Positions 22,400 to 35,900 of a stretch of DNA of 64,000 nucleotides are shown one piece after another (position 1 is the stretch's first letter; the number at the start of each line of letters is the position of its first letter). The translations under genes and the position numbers were made by a program. Source of the DNA: Malacoraja senta (lineage: Eukaryota); NCBI GenBank assembly GCA_038087875.1, contig JAXLNO010000446.1:682001-746000 (forward strand), given 5' to 3'. The notes below the pieces were generated by a model that did no database searches, was not told the origin of the DNA, and was given only the letters and a program-made list of their open reading frames with translations.

Positions 22400-25300
22400 G
22401 GTGAGCTATCCTTCCCTGGTTAAAGAGGATATTAATGCAATAGCAAGGAGAGACATTCGCTTGAATGCTGTAGAATTGGTATGAGTAGAACTACAAAATA
22501 GCCAAGGGCAGAAAACGCTTGTTAGAGTTGTATACAGACCACCAAACAGCAGTCGTGAGGTTGGGGATAGCATCAAACAGGAAATTAGGGATTAGAAAAG
22601 GTACAGTAGTTATGATGGGTGACTTTAATCTACATGTAGATTGGGCCAACCAACTTGGAAACAGCACTTAGGAGGAGGATTTCCTGAGGCATATACGGGA
22701 TGGTTTTATATAGACAATAGACAATATGTGCAAGAGTAGGCCATTTGGCCCTTCGAACCAGCACCGCCATTCAATGTGATCATTGCTGATCATCCCCAAT
22801 CAGTACCCCGTTCCTGCCTTCTCCCCATATCCCCTGACTCCACTATTTTTAAGAGCCCTATCTAGCTCTCTCTTGAAAACATCCAGAGAACCTGCCTCCA
22901 CCATCCTCTGAGGCAGAGCATTTTCTAAGCCAATATGTGGAGGAACTGACTAGAGGGCAGGTCATCCTAGACTGGGTATTGTGTAATGAGGAAGGATCAG
23001 TTTGTGATCTTGTTGTGCAAGGCCCCTTGGGCAACAGTCACCACAATATGGTGGAATTCTGCATTAGGGTGGAGAGTGACACGGTTAATTCAGAGACTGG
23101 GATCCTGAACTTAAAGAAAGGAGACTTTGATGGTACGAGACGGGAATTGGCTCGGATGGACAGGCAAATAATACTTAAAGGGTTGCCGGTGCAGATGCAA
23201 TGGCAAAGATTTAAAGATCGCATGGATGACTCCAAAAATTGTTCATCCCTGTCTGGAGAAAAAATAAAACGGGGAAGGCGGCTCAACCGTGGCTAATGAG
23301 GGAAGTCAAGGATAGTGTTAAATCCAAGGAAAAGGCATTTAAACTGGCCAGAGGAAGCAGCAAACCGGAGGACTGGGAGAAGTTTAGAACTCAACAGAGG
23401 AGGACAAATTAAGGGGAAAATAGATCATGAAAGAAAGCTTGTGGGGAATATAAAATCTGACTCTACAAGCTTCTTTAGATATGTAAAAATGAAAGGATTA
23501 GTGAAGACAAATGTAGGTCCCTTACAATCAGAGACAGGTGAATTTATAATGGGAAACAAGGAAATGACAGTTAAACAAGTACTTTGGTTCTGTCTTCACT
23601 AAGAAAGACACAAACAATCTCCCAGAAATACTAGGGGACCCAGGATCTAGTGGGAGGGAGGAACTGAAGGGAATCCACATTAGTCAGGAAATGGTGTTAG
23701 GTAAACTGTTGGGACTGAAGGCAGATAAATCCCCATGGCCTGATGCTCTGCATCCCAGAGTACTCAAGGAGGTGGCCCTAGAAATCGTGGATGCATTGGT
23801 GATCATTTTTCAATGTTCTCTCGACTCTGGATCAGTTCCTGTGGACTGGAGGGTAGCAAATGTAGCTCCACTTTTTAAGAAAGGAGGGAGAGAGAAAACG
23901 GGGAATTATAGACCAGTTAGCCTGACATCAGTGGTGGGGAAGATGCTCGAGTCGATTATTAATGATGTTATAGCAACGCATTTGGAAAGCAGTGACAGGA
24001 TCGGTCAAAGTCAGCATGGATTTATGAAGGGGAAATCATGCTCGACTAATCTGCTGGAATTTTTTGAGGATGTAAACAAGTAGAATGGATAAGGGAGAGC
24101 CAGGGGATGTGGTGTATCTAGACTTTCAAAAAGCCTTTGACAAGGTCCCACACAAGGGATTAGTGTGCAAAAATAGAGCACATGATATTGGGGGTAGGGT
24201 ATATGCATGGATAGAGAACTGGTTGGCAGACAGGAAGCAAAGAATAAGAATTAACGTGTCCTTTTCAGAATGGCAGGCAGTGACTAGTGGGGTGCCGCGA
24301 GACTCGGTGCTGGGACCCCAGTTATTTATTAACGATTTAGATGAAGGAATTAAATGTAACATCTCCAAGTTTGCAGATGACACAAAGCTGGGTGGCAGTG
24401 TGAGTTGCAAGAAGGATGCTATGAGGCTGCAGTGTGACTTGGATAGGTTGGGTGAGTGGGCAGATGTATGGCAGATGCAGTATAATGTGGATGAATGTGA
24501 GGTTAACCACTTTGGTGGCAAGAACAAGAAGGCAGATTATTATCTGAATGGTGTAAGAAAGAACTGCAGATGCTGGTTTAAATCAAAGGTAGACACAAAA
24601 TGATGGAGTAACTCAACGGGTGAGGTAGCATCTCTGGAGAGAAGGAATGGGTCGTGACCCTTCTTCAATGCTGCCTCACCCGCTGAGTTACTCCAGCATT
24701 ATCTGAATGGTGTCAGATTAGGGAAAGGGGAGGTGCAACGAGACTTGGGTGTGCTTGTTCATCAGTCACTGAAAGTAAGCATGCAGGTACAGCAAGCAGC
24801 GAAGAAGCTAATGGCATGTTGGCCTTCATTGCGAGAGGATTTGAGTTTAGGAGCAAGGAGATCCTACTGCAGTTGTACAGGGCCCTGGTGAGATCACACC
24901 CGGAGTACCGTGTGCAGTTTTGGTCTCCTAATTTAAAGAAGGACATTCTTGCTATTGAGGGAGTGCAGCGTAGGTTCACCAGGTTAATTCCCAGGATGGC
25001 AGGACTGCCATAAGATGTAAGAATGGGTCAACTGGGCTTGTATTCACTGGAATTTTGAAGGATGAGAGGGTATGTTATTGAAACATCAAATTCTTAAGGA
25101 ATTGGACAGGCTAGATGCAGGAAAAATGTTCCCAATGTTTGGGGAGTCCAGAACCAGGGATCACAGTTTTAAAATAAGGGATAGGCCATTTGGGACTGAG
25201 ATGAGGAAAAACATTTTTTTTATTTTTTTTTATTTTTTATTTTTATTTATTAGAAGTACATTACATTACAACCACATACATTAATACTCGTCATTTGTAT

Positions 25301-25470
25301 AGGAAAACATTTTCACCCAGAGAGTTGTGAATCTGTGGAATTCTCTGCCAGAGAAGGCAGTGGAGGCAAATTCAATGGATGTTTTTGAGAGAGAGTTGGA
25401 TATAACTCTTCGGGCTAACGAATCTAGGGGATGTGGGGAGAAAGCAGGAGCGGGGTACTGATTTTGGAAT
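22400..25470 (+). mobile_element. Long decayed CR1 LINE (endonuclease + RT) with nested insertions
   Basis: YRPPNS, MGDFN, NYRPVSLTS, QHGFMKGKSC, YLDFQKAFDKVPH, KFADDTKL. Confidence 0.94.
24555..24697 (-). mobile_element. Penelope-derived mini-element with inverted 5' segment
   Basis: 16-bp TSD ATTATCTGAATGGTGT within the CR1. Confidence 0.75.
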
Positions 25471-26626
25471 GTAGACACAAAATGCTGGAGTAACTTAGCG
25501 GGTCAGGCAGCATCTCTGGAAGGAAGGAATTGGTGACTTTTTGGGTCAATAGACAATAGACAATAGGTGCAGGAGTAGGCTATTTGGCCCTTCGAGCCAG
25601 CACCGCCATTCAATGTGATCATGGCTGATCATCCACAATCAGTACCCCGTTCCTGCCTTCTCCTCATATCCCCTGACTCCGCCATCCTTAAGAGTCCTAT
25701 CTAGCTCTCTCTTGAAAGCATCCAGAGAACCTGCCTCCACCGCCCTCTGAGGCAGAGAATTCCACAGACTCCACAGTCGAGACCCTTCTCCAATGTTCAT
25801 GTCATCTCATTAACTTACCAATCATACCTCCTGCATTCATAGCCAAGTTATGAATATATGGAGAGCCACAGGTCCTCGCACCAACACCTGTGGTCACTGA
25901 TTCCCACTCAGAAAGACATTCAACCACAACACCTTTGGTCATCTATTACCAAGGTAACCTTGGATCCAATTCCAAAGAGTACAGAAGAGCTGCCTGGTGT
26001 GGAGGGTATAGTGGGAGATTGAACAAAATTGGATAGTTTTCTCTGTGGCATCGAATGTTGAGGATAGACCTAATAGAAATATATCAAGTAGCGAGAGGCA
26101 TCAATAGGGTAGATGGTCAGAACATTATTTCCAGGTGGAAATGTCCAACACTAGAGGGCATAGGTTTATGATGAGAGAGGCAAAGTTTTAAGGATGTTCC
26201 AGGCAAGTCTTTTCCACAGAGGGTGGTGGGTGCCTGGAACGTGCTGCCGTGGGTGGTGGCGGAGGCAGATAGGATAGTGGTGTTTAAGTGGCATTTGGAT
26301 AGGCACATGGATATGCAGGGAATGAATGAATGAATAAGTTTATTGGCCAAATATTCACATACAAGGAATTTGCCTTGGTGCTCCGCCTGCAAGTGACAAC
26401 CACATGCAGTGACAGTTAGGAATGACACATAAAACATTAAACATTAATAATAAATGGAGGGATATGGATCACATGCAGGCAGATAAGTGATGATCTTGGC
26501 ATGGACATTGTGGGCGGAAGGGCCTGATCTTGTGCTGGGCTCTTCTATGTTCTATGCTACTATACGTCAGCTTTAGTCAAACACAGACCAGTTTGTAGAA
26601 AACCTAGGGTTTGTTTAGAACATAAA

Positions 26627-26898
26627 AGTGCTGGAGTAACTCAGCGGGTCAGGCAGCATCTGTGGAGAACATGGATAGGTGACGTTTCACAGAGTGCTGG
26701 AGTAACTCAGCGGATCAGGCAGCATCTCTTAAGAACATGGTAGGTGACGTTTCACAGAGTGCTGGAGTAACTCAGCGGGTCAGGCAGCATCTGTGGAGAA
26801 CATGGATAGGTGACGTTTCACAGAGTGCTGGAGTAACTCAGCGGGTCAGGCAGCATCTCTGGAGAACATGGATAGGTGACGTTTTACAGAGTGCTGGA
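26627..26898. repeat. 66-bp tandem array derived from a Penelope terminal repeat
   Basis: Unit GAGTGCTGGAGTAACTCAGCGGGTCAGGCAGCATCTGTGGAGAACATGGATAGGTGACGTTTCACA, about 4 copies. Confidence 0.95.
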
Positions 26899-27520
26899 GA
26901 AAGCCCAGGGAGTGATAGGTGGATACAGGTGAGTGGAGGCAGGGTTTGATTGGCGGATGAAGACCATAGATGAAAAGGGATACAAACACAGACTGAAGGA
27001 GACAGAAAGTTAGGCTTTAGACTTTCAACTTCAGAGATACAGCATGGAAACAGGGCCCCATCAAGTACGTGCAGACCAGGAATCACCCCATACACTGGCG
27101 GTATCCTACACACTTGGGGCAATCTGCAATTTATTTACCGAAGCCAATTAACCTACAAACCTGCACGTCTTTGGAATGTGGGAGGAAACCGGAGCACCCA
27201 GAGACAACCCAGGCGGTCATTGGGTGAACGTACAAAGTATGTGCAGACAGCACCCGCAGTCAGGATGGAACCCGGGTCTCTGGCGCTGTGAGGCAGCAAC
27301 TCTACCGCTGCGTCACCGAGCCGAGGTGGATGGTTTGAATGAGCGGTGAATTATAAAACCAGTGGGAGGGATACAGGTGGAAGGGGATGGAACGGATGGG
27401 GTGGGGTGGGCAAAGGGAAATACCAAGGGCTTGCTGACACCTCACTGAATCCTCTCGCGACCGGTTCCTGAAAGTGTTTGAGGCACAGTTTACACATAGC
27501 CAATTGCTTCATTACTGGAG

Positions 27521-27701
27521 GTAGACAAAAGTGCTAGAGAAACTCAGCGGGTGCAGCAACGTCTATGGAGCGGAAATAGGCAACGTTTCGGCCCGAAACG
27601 TTGCCTATTTCCTTCGCTCCATATGTGCTGCTGCACCTGCTGAGTTTCTCCAGCACTTTTGTCTACTTTTGATTTTCCAGCATCTGCAGTTCCTTCTTAA
27701 A
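27521..27701 (+). mobile_element. Palindromic Penelope-derived mini-element
   Basis: 16-bp TSD TGCTTCATTACTGGAG. About 70-bp inverted arms centred on AACGTTTCGGCCCGAAACGTT. Confidence 0.8.
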
Positions 27702-28428
27702 TGCTTCATTACTGGAGATGAATCATGGAAATCTATAAACATTAGACCTTAAATATTCTGACCAAAAAAAAATTTGACATTTTGCAATTACATTAAATTT
27801 CCTATTTAACATTGAATGCACAATTATTAAAATGTCAAAACGACATTATTTTGATGAAGTTACGGACATTTCGGACACACACATTAATTATTAACTCAGA
27901 CGTATCATGGCAGCCAATTTTTAAATGTACAGAACCTTTCTTAAATTAGCTTCAAGTTAATCTAATGTATTTTAATCTGTCCGTTTTACGAAGGCAATGT
28001 GGGAACCATATGCACAGAGTTACATAACTCCCTCCCAGACAGATGCAGCACCACAGCAGAGAGGAGGTTGGAGAAGATCGATTTGCCATCACAGCACTCT
28101 TGGTCATGTTTTGTGCCAGATGCAATATTTAAAAGACCCATTGTTATTATGGGGTCATCAATGCATCAGAGCGGCACAGTGGTGCAGTGGGTAGAGCTGC
28201 TGCCTCACAGCGCCAGAGACACGGGTTCCATCCAGCCCTCTTGTGCTGCCTGTGTGGAGTTTGTACGTTCTCCCTGTGACTGCGTGGGGTTTCCTCCGGG
28301 TGATCCAATTACCTTCCACATCCCTCAAAGACGTACGTTTGTAGGTTAATTGACCCTCTGTAAATTGACCCTAGTGTAGAGGGGAGTGGATGAGAAAGTG
28401 GGCTCACGTAGAGCTAGTATGAACGGAT

Positions 28429-28847
28429 ACTTCCCCGTGGATTGTCACCTTGTCGTGGAGGAGAAGCTTGTGTGGACCTGAGATCCTGAGAGCGATGCCG
28501 TCTGGAGCGATGCTCCTGGTAGGGCCACCCATGGCGGTACGGTCGAGGGCGAGGTCTCTGACAAAGAGCAATCCAACCAAGACCTCAACGGTGGAACAGG
28601 CGGAGGACGATGGCTGACCTTAGTGGAGCGTCACAACGGCTGGGAAGGCGGATGAAGGCTGCAGCAGAAAAGGGTCTCCGGTCGTCTTGGACTGGATCCT
28701 GACCCAGATCTGTCAAGGACCGTGGGGTGGCTGTCTGTGCACCAGTCTCCCCACGTTAAACAAAGTCACGCACAGGCTTCCTCCATGTAGGGAATAGCAC
28801 CCTGGAGACCCCCATGGTCAGCCACGACCGAAGGGGGCCGAAGAAGA
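28429..28847 (+). mobile_element. Second copy of the RTE-derived retroposon, inserted in a SINE
   Basis: Near-identical to 1467-1876. 13-bp imperfect TSD AGTATGAACGGAT / AGTGTGAACGGGT. (GAA)3 tail. Confidence 0.8.
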
Positions 28848-31800
28848 AGTGTGAACGGGTGATCAATGGTCAGCATGGGCTCGGTGGACCGAAGGGCCTG
28901 TTTCTGACCTATCTTTCAATCAATCAATCAGAGAAAAATAGCAATGTATATAAATGTTTCAATTGATTAATATCCATCCCGATAGATATACCATTACGGT
29001 TTGCTATGAGCTGATTACGGTGTGAGCTGATTGGTTTGAGGAGTCGTTCATAGAACATAGGACAGTATAGCACAGGAACAGGCCCTTCGGCCCACAATGC
29101 CTGTGCTGAACATGATGCCAAGTTAAGCTAATGTTTGCCTGCAGATTATTTGTATCCCTCCATTCCCTGCATACCATGTGCTATCCAAAAGTCTTTAAAT
29201 GCCATTATTTCAGAGGGTTTAGTGCAGTGTTTTTAGTTCAGAGATGCAGCATGAGAACAGGCCCTTCGGCCCACTGAGTCCCCACCGACTAGCGACCACC
29301 GGTTCACATTAGGTCTGTTATCCCACTTTCTCATCCACAATAGGGCCAATTTATAAAGGGCCAATCAACCTACAAACCTGCACGTCTTTGGAGTGTGGGA
29401 GGAAACCGGAATGACACGGTGGCGCAGCGGTAGAGTTGCTGCCTCACAGCACCAGGAACACGAGTTCCATCCTGACTACGGGTGCTTACCTGTACGCAGA
29501 CAGTACCTTCTCCCCGTCACCTGCGTGGGTTTTCTCAGAGATCTTGGCTTTTCGGTTTCCTCCCTCACTCCAAAGACGTAAAGGTTTGTATGTTAATTGG
29601 CTTGGTATAATTGTAAATGGTCCCTCGTGTGTGTAGGATGGTGTAAATGTGCGGGGATCGCTGGTCGGTGCGGACTCGGTGGGCCGAACTCGCAAGTCTT
29701 TGGAATGTGGGAAGAAACCGGAGCACCCGGAGAAAACCTACACGGTCACAGGGAGAACATACAAACTCCGTACAGACAGCACCCGAGAGTAGGATTGAAC
29801 CCGGGTCTCTGGCTCTGTGAGGCAGCAACTCTACCGCTGCGCCACCGTGTACAACTACATTGATGTAGATTTGGACACATGCAAAGGTCAAACCAGGTAA
29901 ACACAACTAATTTTTTTCCCCTGAAGGGCATGAGATAACCAGACTGGTTTTCAATGCTGAGCTGGTACTTTCACCGTTTCTGAACTAGGTTTTAATTGCT
30001 GATGTAGAGGAAAATACGGAACCAGTTTCACAGGCACAGCACAGAAATAGGCCCTTTGGCCCATCTAGTCAATGCCAATCAAGATTGCCCATCTAAGCTA
30101 GTCCCATTTGCCCAGGTTTGGCCCATATCCCTCTAAACATTGAACAGTACAGCACAGGACCGGGCCCTTTGGCCTACAGGGTGTCAGGGGTTATGGGGAT
30201 AAGGCAGGACAGGAGAATGGGTTTGATAGATAAAGATACTAATAGATCAGCCATGATTGAAGGGCAGCGTAGACTCGATGGGCCAAATGCCCTCAGAGGG
30301 CGGTGGAGGCGGGTTCTCTGGATACTTTCAAGAGAGAGCTAGAGAGGGCTCTTGAAGATTGCGGAGTCAGGGGATATGCGGAGAAGGCAGGAACGGGGTA
30401 CTGATTGGGGATGATCAGCCATGATCACATTGAATGGCGGTGCTGGCTCGAAGGGCCGAATGGCCTACTCTTGCACCTATTGTCTATTGTCTATTAAGTT
30501 GCATTTAACTCCATTAGTTATTCTTTAGCTTATTGTGTCGACCAAATTGGCGTACTGGGCTCGTCCCATTTGCCTGCTTCTGGCCCATATCCCTCTAAAC
30601 CCTTCCTCTCCAGAGATCTGTCTAAATATGTTACTGCAAGCACAATGAAATAAAATTGAGTGCAATTTTGAAGGACTGTATGTGTTTCAATTTGCTGTCT
30701 TCCTTTCACTGCCTGTAGTGAGCTATAGTTTCACTGGGAGTAATTCATGAAAGAAAAACTCATTGCAGTTTGAAATGGTTATTTGAGCGAGATTGTTCTA
30801 ACGGTAATGATTGTGTGCTGTGATTGCATAAAACAAAATAACAGCTTCTATGTATATTAATTATATTCCTAAACTCCAGGGAATGTTGGTAAAAGCCCAG
30901 ATAGAGTCCTAGAGTGATACAACGTGGAAACAGGCCCAACTTGCCAACACCGACCAACATGTCCCAGCTACACTAGTCCCACCTGCTCACATTTGGCCCA
31001 TATCCTCTAAACAATAGACAATATACAATTGGTGCAGGAGTAGGCCATTCGGACATTCGAGCCAGCACCGCCATTCAATGTGATCATGGCTGATCATCCC
31101 CAATCAGTACCCCGTTCCTGCCTTCTCCCCATATCCCCTGACTCCGCTATCTTTAAGAGCCCTATCTAGCTCTCTCTTGAAAGTATCCAGAGAACCATCC
31201 TCCACCGCCCTCTGAGGCAGAGAATTCCACAGACTCACAACTCTCTGTGAGAAAAAGTGTTTCTCGACTCAGTTCTAAATGTCTTACCCTTATACTTAAA
31301 CTGTGGCCTCTGGTTCTGGACTCCCCCAAACCTGTGTAACTGTTTCTTAAACGTTGAGATAGTCCCTGCCTCAACTACTTGCTCTGGCAGCTCATTCCAC
31401 ACACCCACCACCCTTTCTGTGAAAAAGTTACCTCTCACATTCTTATTATTTCTTTCCCCCCCTTCACCTTGAACCTATATCCTCTGATTCTCGATTCCCT
31501 TACTCTGGGCAAGAGGCCCGACCTATTCCTCTCATGATTTAATACACCTCTATAAGATCACCCCTCATCCACCTGTGCTCCGAGGAATAGAGTCTTAGCC
31601 TACTCAACCTCTCTGTCTAGCTCAGGCACTCTAGTCCGGGCAACATCCTCGTAAATCTTCTCTGTACCCTTTCCAGCTTGACAACATCTTTCCCATAACA
31701 TGGTGCCCAAACTGAACTGTCAGCGACAGTTTCTTCCAGCTGTTATCAGGCAACTGAACCATCCTACCTCAACTAGAGAGCAGTGCTGAAGTACTATCTA

Positions 31801-32419
31801 CCTTATTGGTGACCCTCGGACTATCCTTGATCGGACTTTGGTGGCTTTACCTTGCACTAAACATTATTCCATTATCCTGTATCTGTACACTGTGGACGGC
31901 CCGATTGTAATCATGTATTGTCTTTCTGCTGACTGGTTAGCACGCAACAAAAGCTTTTCACTGTACCTCAGTACACGTGACAATAAACTAAACTGAACTG
32001 ACAAACGACTCTAAATGCGGCCTCACCTGATGTATTCCTCTCCTGATTTTATACAGATATATCTTTACCTGCATCCCAGTCCCACCTGAGTCTGAGCGTT
32101 TGAGTTTTAAGTGTCTGTGCGGGGACAGGGAAAGCAGGGAACATCTCTGCTGATGTTGTGGAGCGGTGTTTGAGGAAGGTCTAGTGATGACCCATCCTGG
32201 GCATGTCGACCCACAAAGGCCTATAGTGCAGTGTGAGATAGCAGAGCCCAGGTACATGGGCACAAGACCACAAATCACTGATCCCCCAGTCCTGCCCTAC
32301 CTCTCCCCTCAAACTTTCTACCCTCCTCTGATCAGTCCGACATTCACATTCACATGTTCTAGGAGCAGAATGAGGCCATTCGGCCCATCGAGTCTACTCT
32401 GCCATTCACTCATGGCTGG

Positions 32420-33527
32420 GTGTCATGGTACACCAGTCAGTGAAAGTAGGAATGCAGGTGCAGCAGGCAGCAGGCAGTGAAGAAAGCAAATGGTATGTTA
32501 GCATTCATAGCAAAAGGATTTGAGTATAAGAGCAGGGAGGTTCTACTGCAGTTGTACAGGGTCTTGGTGAGACCACACCTGGAGTATTGCGTACAGTTTT
32601 GATCTCCTAATCTGAGGAAAAAAATTCTTGCCATAGAGGGAGTACAGAGAAGGTTCACCAGACTGATTCCTGGGATGGCAGGACTTTCATATGAGGAAAG
32701 ACTGGATAGACTCGGCTTGTACACGTTGGAATTCAGAAGACTGAGGGGGGATCTTATAGAAACTTACAAAATTCTTAAGGGGTTCGATAGATGCAGGAAG
32801 ATTATTCCCGATGTTGGGGAAGTCCAGAACTAGGGGTCACAGTTTAAGGATAAGAGGGAAGACTTTTAAGGACCGAGATGAGGAAATCATTTTTTACACA
32901 GAGAGTGGTGAATCTGTGGAATTCTCTGCCACAGAAGGTAGTTGAGGCCAGTTCATTGGCTATATTTAAGAGGGAGTTAGATGTGGCTAATGGGATCAGG
33001 GGGTATGGAGAGAAGGCAGGGATGGGATACTGAGTTGGATGATCAGCCATAATACATAGATACATAGATACATAGAAATTAGAGTGCAGGAGTAGGCCAT
33101 TCGGCCCTTCGAGCCTGCACCGCCATTCAATACGATCATGGCTGATCATCCAACTCAGTATCCCGTACCTGCCTTCTCTCCATACCCCCTGATCCCTTTA
33201 GCCACAAGGGCCACATCTAATTCCCTCTTAAATATAGCCAATGAACTGGCCTCAACTACCCTCTGTGGCAGAGAGTTCCAGAGATTCACCACTCTCTGTG
33301 TGAAAAAGTTTTTCCTCATCTCGGTCTTAAAGGATTTTCCCCTTATCCTTAAGCTGTGACCCCTTGTCCTGGACTTCCCCAACATCGGGAACAATCTTCC
33401 TGCATCTAGCCTGTCCAACCCCATAAGAATCTTGTACGTTTCTATAAGATCCCCTCTCAATCTCCTAAATTCTAGCGAGTATAAGCCAAGTCTATCCAGT
33501 CTTTCTTCATATGAAAGTCCTGACATC
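32420..33527. mobile_element. Two tail-to-tail CR1 3' fragments (32420-33050 +, 33055-33527 -)
   Basis: CR1 C-terminal motifs on opposite strands. Confidence 0.9.
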
Positions 33528-33920
33528 CCATATCAAATGGCGGTGCAGGCTCGAAGGGCCGAATGGCCTACTCCTGCACATATTTTCTATGTTTCTATGT
33601 TTCTATCTATCTCTCCCTCTCAACCCCATTCTCCTGCCTTCTCCCCATAACCCCCGATACCCATACTAATCAAGAATCTATCTATCTCCACCTTAATAAT
33701 TTCCACTGACTTGGCCTCCACAGTCGTCTGTGGCAATGAATTCCTCAGATTCACCACCCTCTGACTAAAGAAATTTCTCCTCATCTCCTTTCTAAAGCCA
33801 CATCCTTTTAATCTGAGGATATGGCCTCTATTTCTAGACTCTCCCACTAGTGGAAACATCCTCTCCACTCTATCCACCCTCAAACTATAAAGAAGGGGCC
33901 CGACTAGAAATGTCTTCTTT

Positions 33921-34170
33921 CCATGTTCTCCACAGATGCTGCCTGACCCGCTGAGTTACTCCAGCACTGTGTGAAACATCACCTATCCATGTTCTCCAGA
34001 GATGCTGCCTGACCTGCTGAGTTACTCCAGCACTGTGTGAAACGTCACCTATCCATGTTCTCCACAGATGCTGCCTGACCCGCTGAGTTACTCCAGCACT
34101 CTGTGAAACGTCACCTATCCATGTTCTTCAGAGATGCTGCCTGACCAGCTGAGTTACTCCAGCACTCTGT
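33921..34170. repeat. 66-bp array, opposite orientation
   Basis: Reverse complement of the same unit, about 4 copies. Confidence 0.95.
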
Positions 34171-34454
34171 AACTTTAGCCCAGTGCTACTGTTCCTCTAC
34201 TTCTCTTCATTGTCAGGCCTTGTACCATTTTTGCAACATTACAGCTTTGTAAATGGAACGTCTTCTGATGATTATTTTCCTTTCAACCTCCGCTCTTGCT
34301 TCAGAGTTAGCCAAAGATAGACACAAAATGCTGGAGTAACTCAACGGGTCAGGCAGCATCTATGGAGAGAAGAAATGGGTGAAGTTTCGGGTCGAGACCC
34401 TTCTTCAGACTGAGAGTCAGGGGTGAGGAAAACACAGAGATATGGAAGATATCT

Positions 34455-35900
34455 TCTGGAATTTTTAGAGGATGTAACAAGTAGAACGGATAAGGGAGGC
34501 CAGTAGATGTGGTGTATCTGGACTTTAAAAAGCCTTGGTCAAGGTCCCACACAAGAGAATAGTGTGCAAAATTGGAGCACATGGTATTGGGGGTAGGGTA
34601 TTGACATGGATAGAGAACTGGTTGGCAGACAGGAAGCTAAGAGTAGGAATTAACGGGTCCTTTTCAGAATGGCAGGCAGTGACTAGTGGGGTGCCGCAAG
34701 GCTCGGTGCTGGGACTGCAGTTATTTACAATATATATTTACGACTTAGACGAGGGAATTGAACGTGACATCTCCAGGTTTGCGGATGACACAAAGCTGGT
34801 TGGCAGTGTGAGCTGTGAGGAGGATGCTATGAAGTTGCAGGGTGGCTTGGACAGATTGGGTGAGTGGGCAGATGCATGGCAGATGTAGTATAATGTGGAT
34901 AAATGTGAGGTTATCCACTTTGGTGGCAAGAACAGGAAGGCAGATTATTATCTGAATGGTGTCAGATTAGGCGAAGGGGAGGTGCAACAAGACCTGGTTG
35001 TGATTGTACATCAGTCACTGAAAGTAAGCATGCTGGTACTGCAGACAGTGAAGAAAGCTAATAGCATGTTGGCCTTCATTGCGAGAGGATTTGAGTTTAG
35101 GAGCAAGTAGGTCCTACTGCAGTTTTATGGGGCCCTGGTAAAACCGCACCTGCAGTATTGATGTGCAATTTAGGTCTCCTAATTTGAGGAAGGACATTAT
35201 TGCTATTGAGGGAGTACAGTGTAGGTTCACCAAGTTAATTCCCGGGATGGCGAGACTGGCATATGTCGACTGGGCTTGTATTCGCTGGAATTTAGAAGGA
35301 TTAAAGGGTTTCTAATAGAAACTTATAGGATTCTTCATTTCGTGTCCATCTTGTCACAAACGTTCCTCCTCGCTGTCATCGTCCCGTCCTGACAAGGACG
35401 CAAGCTTCCGGCGACAATCAGTGGGAGCCATCACTTGTTGCAATAGATGATGGTGGTAGCAGAATTAGCTCAGGATACTTCCAGATTCCAGCCCCGCGAC
35501 GTGGACGCTTATGCTATGGGGCCCTGCTATGGGGGCCCTTAGAGGATTGGACAAGGTAGATGCAGGAAAAATGTTCCCGATGTTGGGGGAGTCCAGAACC
35601 AGGGGCCACAGTTTAAGAATAAGGGGTAGGCCATTTAGGATTGCGATGAGGAAAAACGTTTTCACCCGAGAGTTGTGAATCTGTGGAATTCTCTGCACAG
35701 AAGGCAGTGGAGGCCAATTCACTGGATGCTTTCATGACAGAGCTAGAGTTAATTCATAGGGCCAATGGAATCAAAGGGATATGGGGAAAAAAGCCGGAGC
35801 GGGGTACGGATTTTAGATGATCAGCCGTGATCATATTGAATGGCGGTGCTGGCACGAAGGGCCGAATGGCCTACTCCTGCACCTATTGTCTATGTTTCTA
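34455..35900 (+). mobile_element. CR1 LINE RT / 3' portion
   Basis: SGVPQGSVLG, FADDTKL, WQM motifs and 3' tail. Confidence 0.92.
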
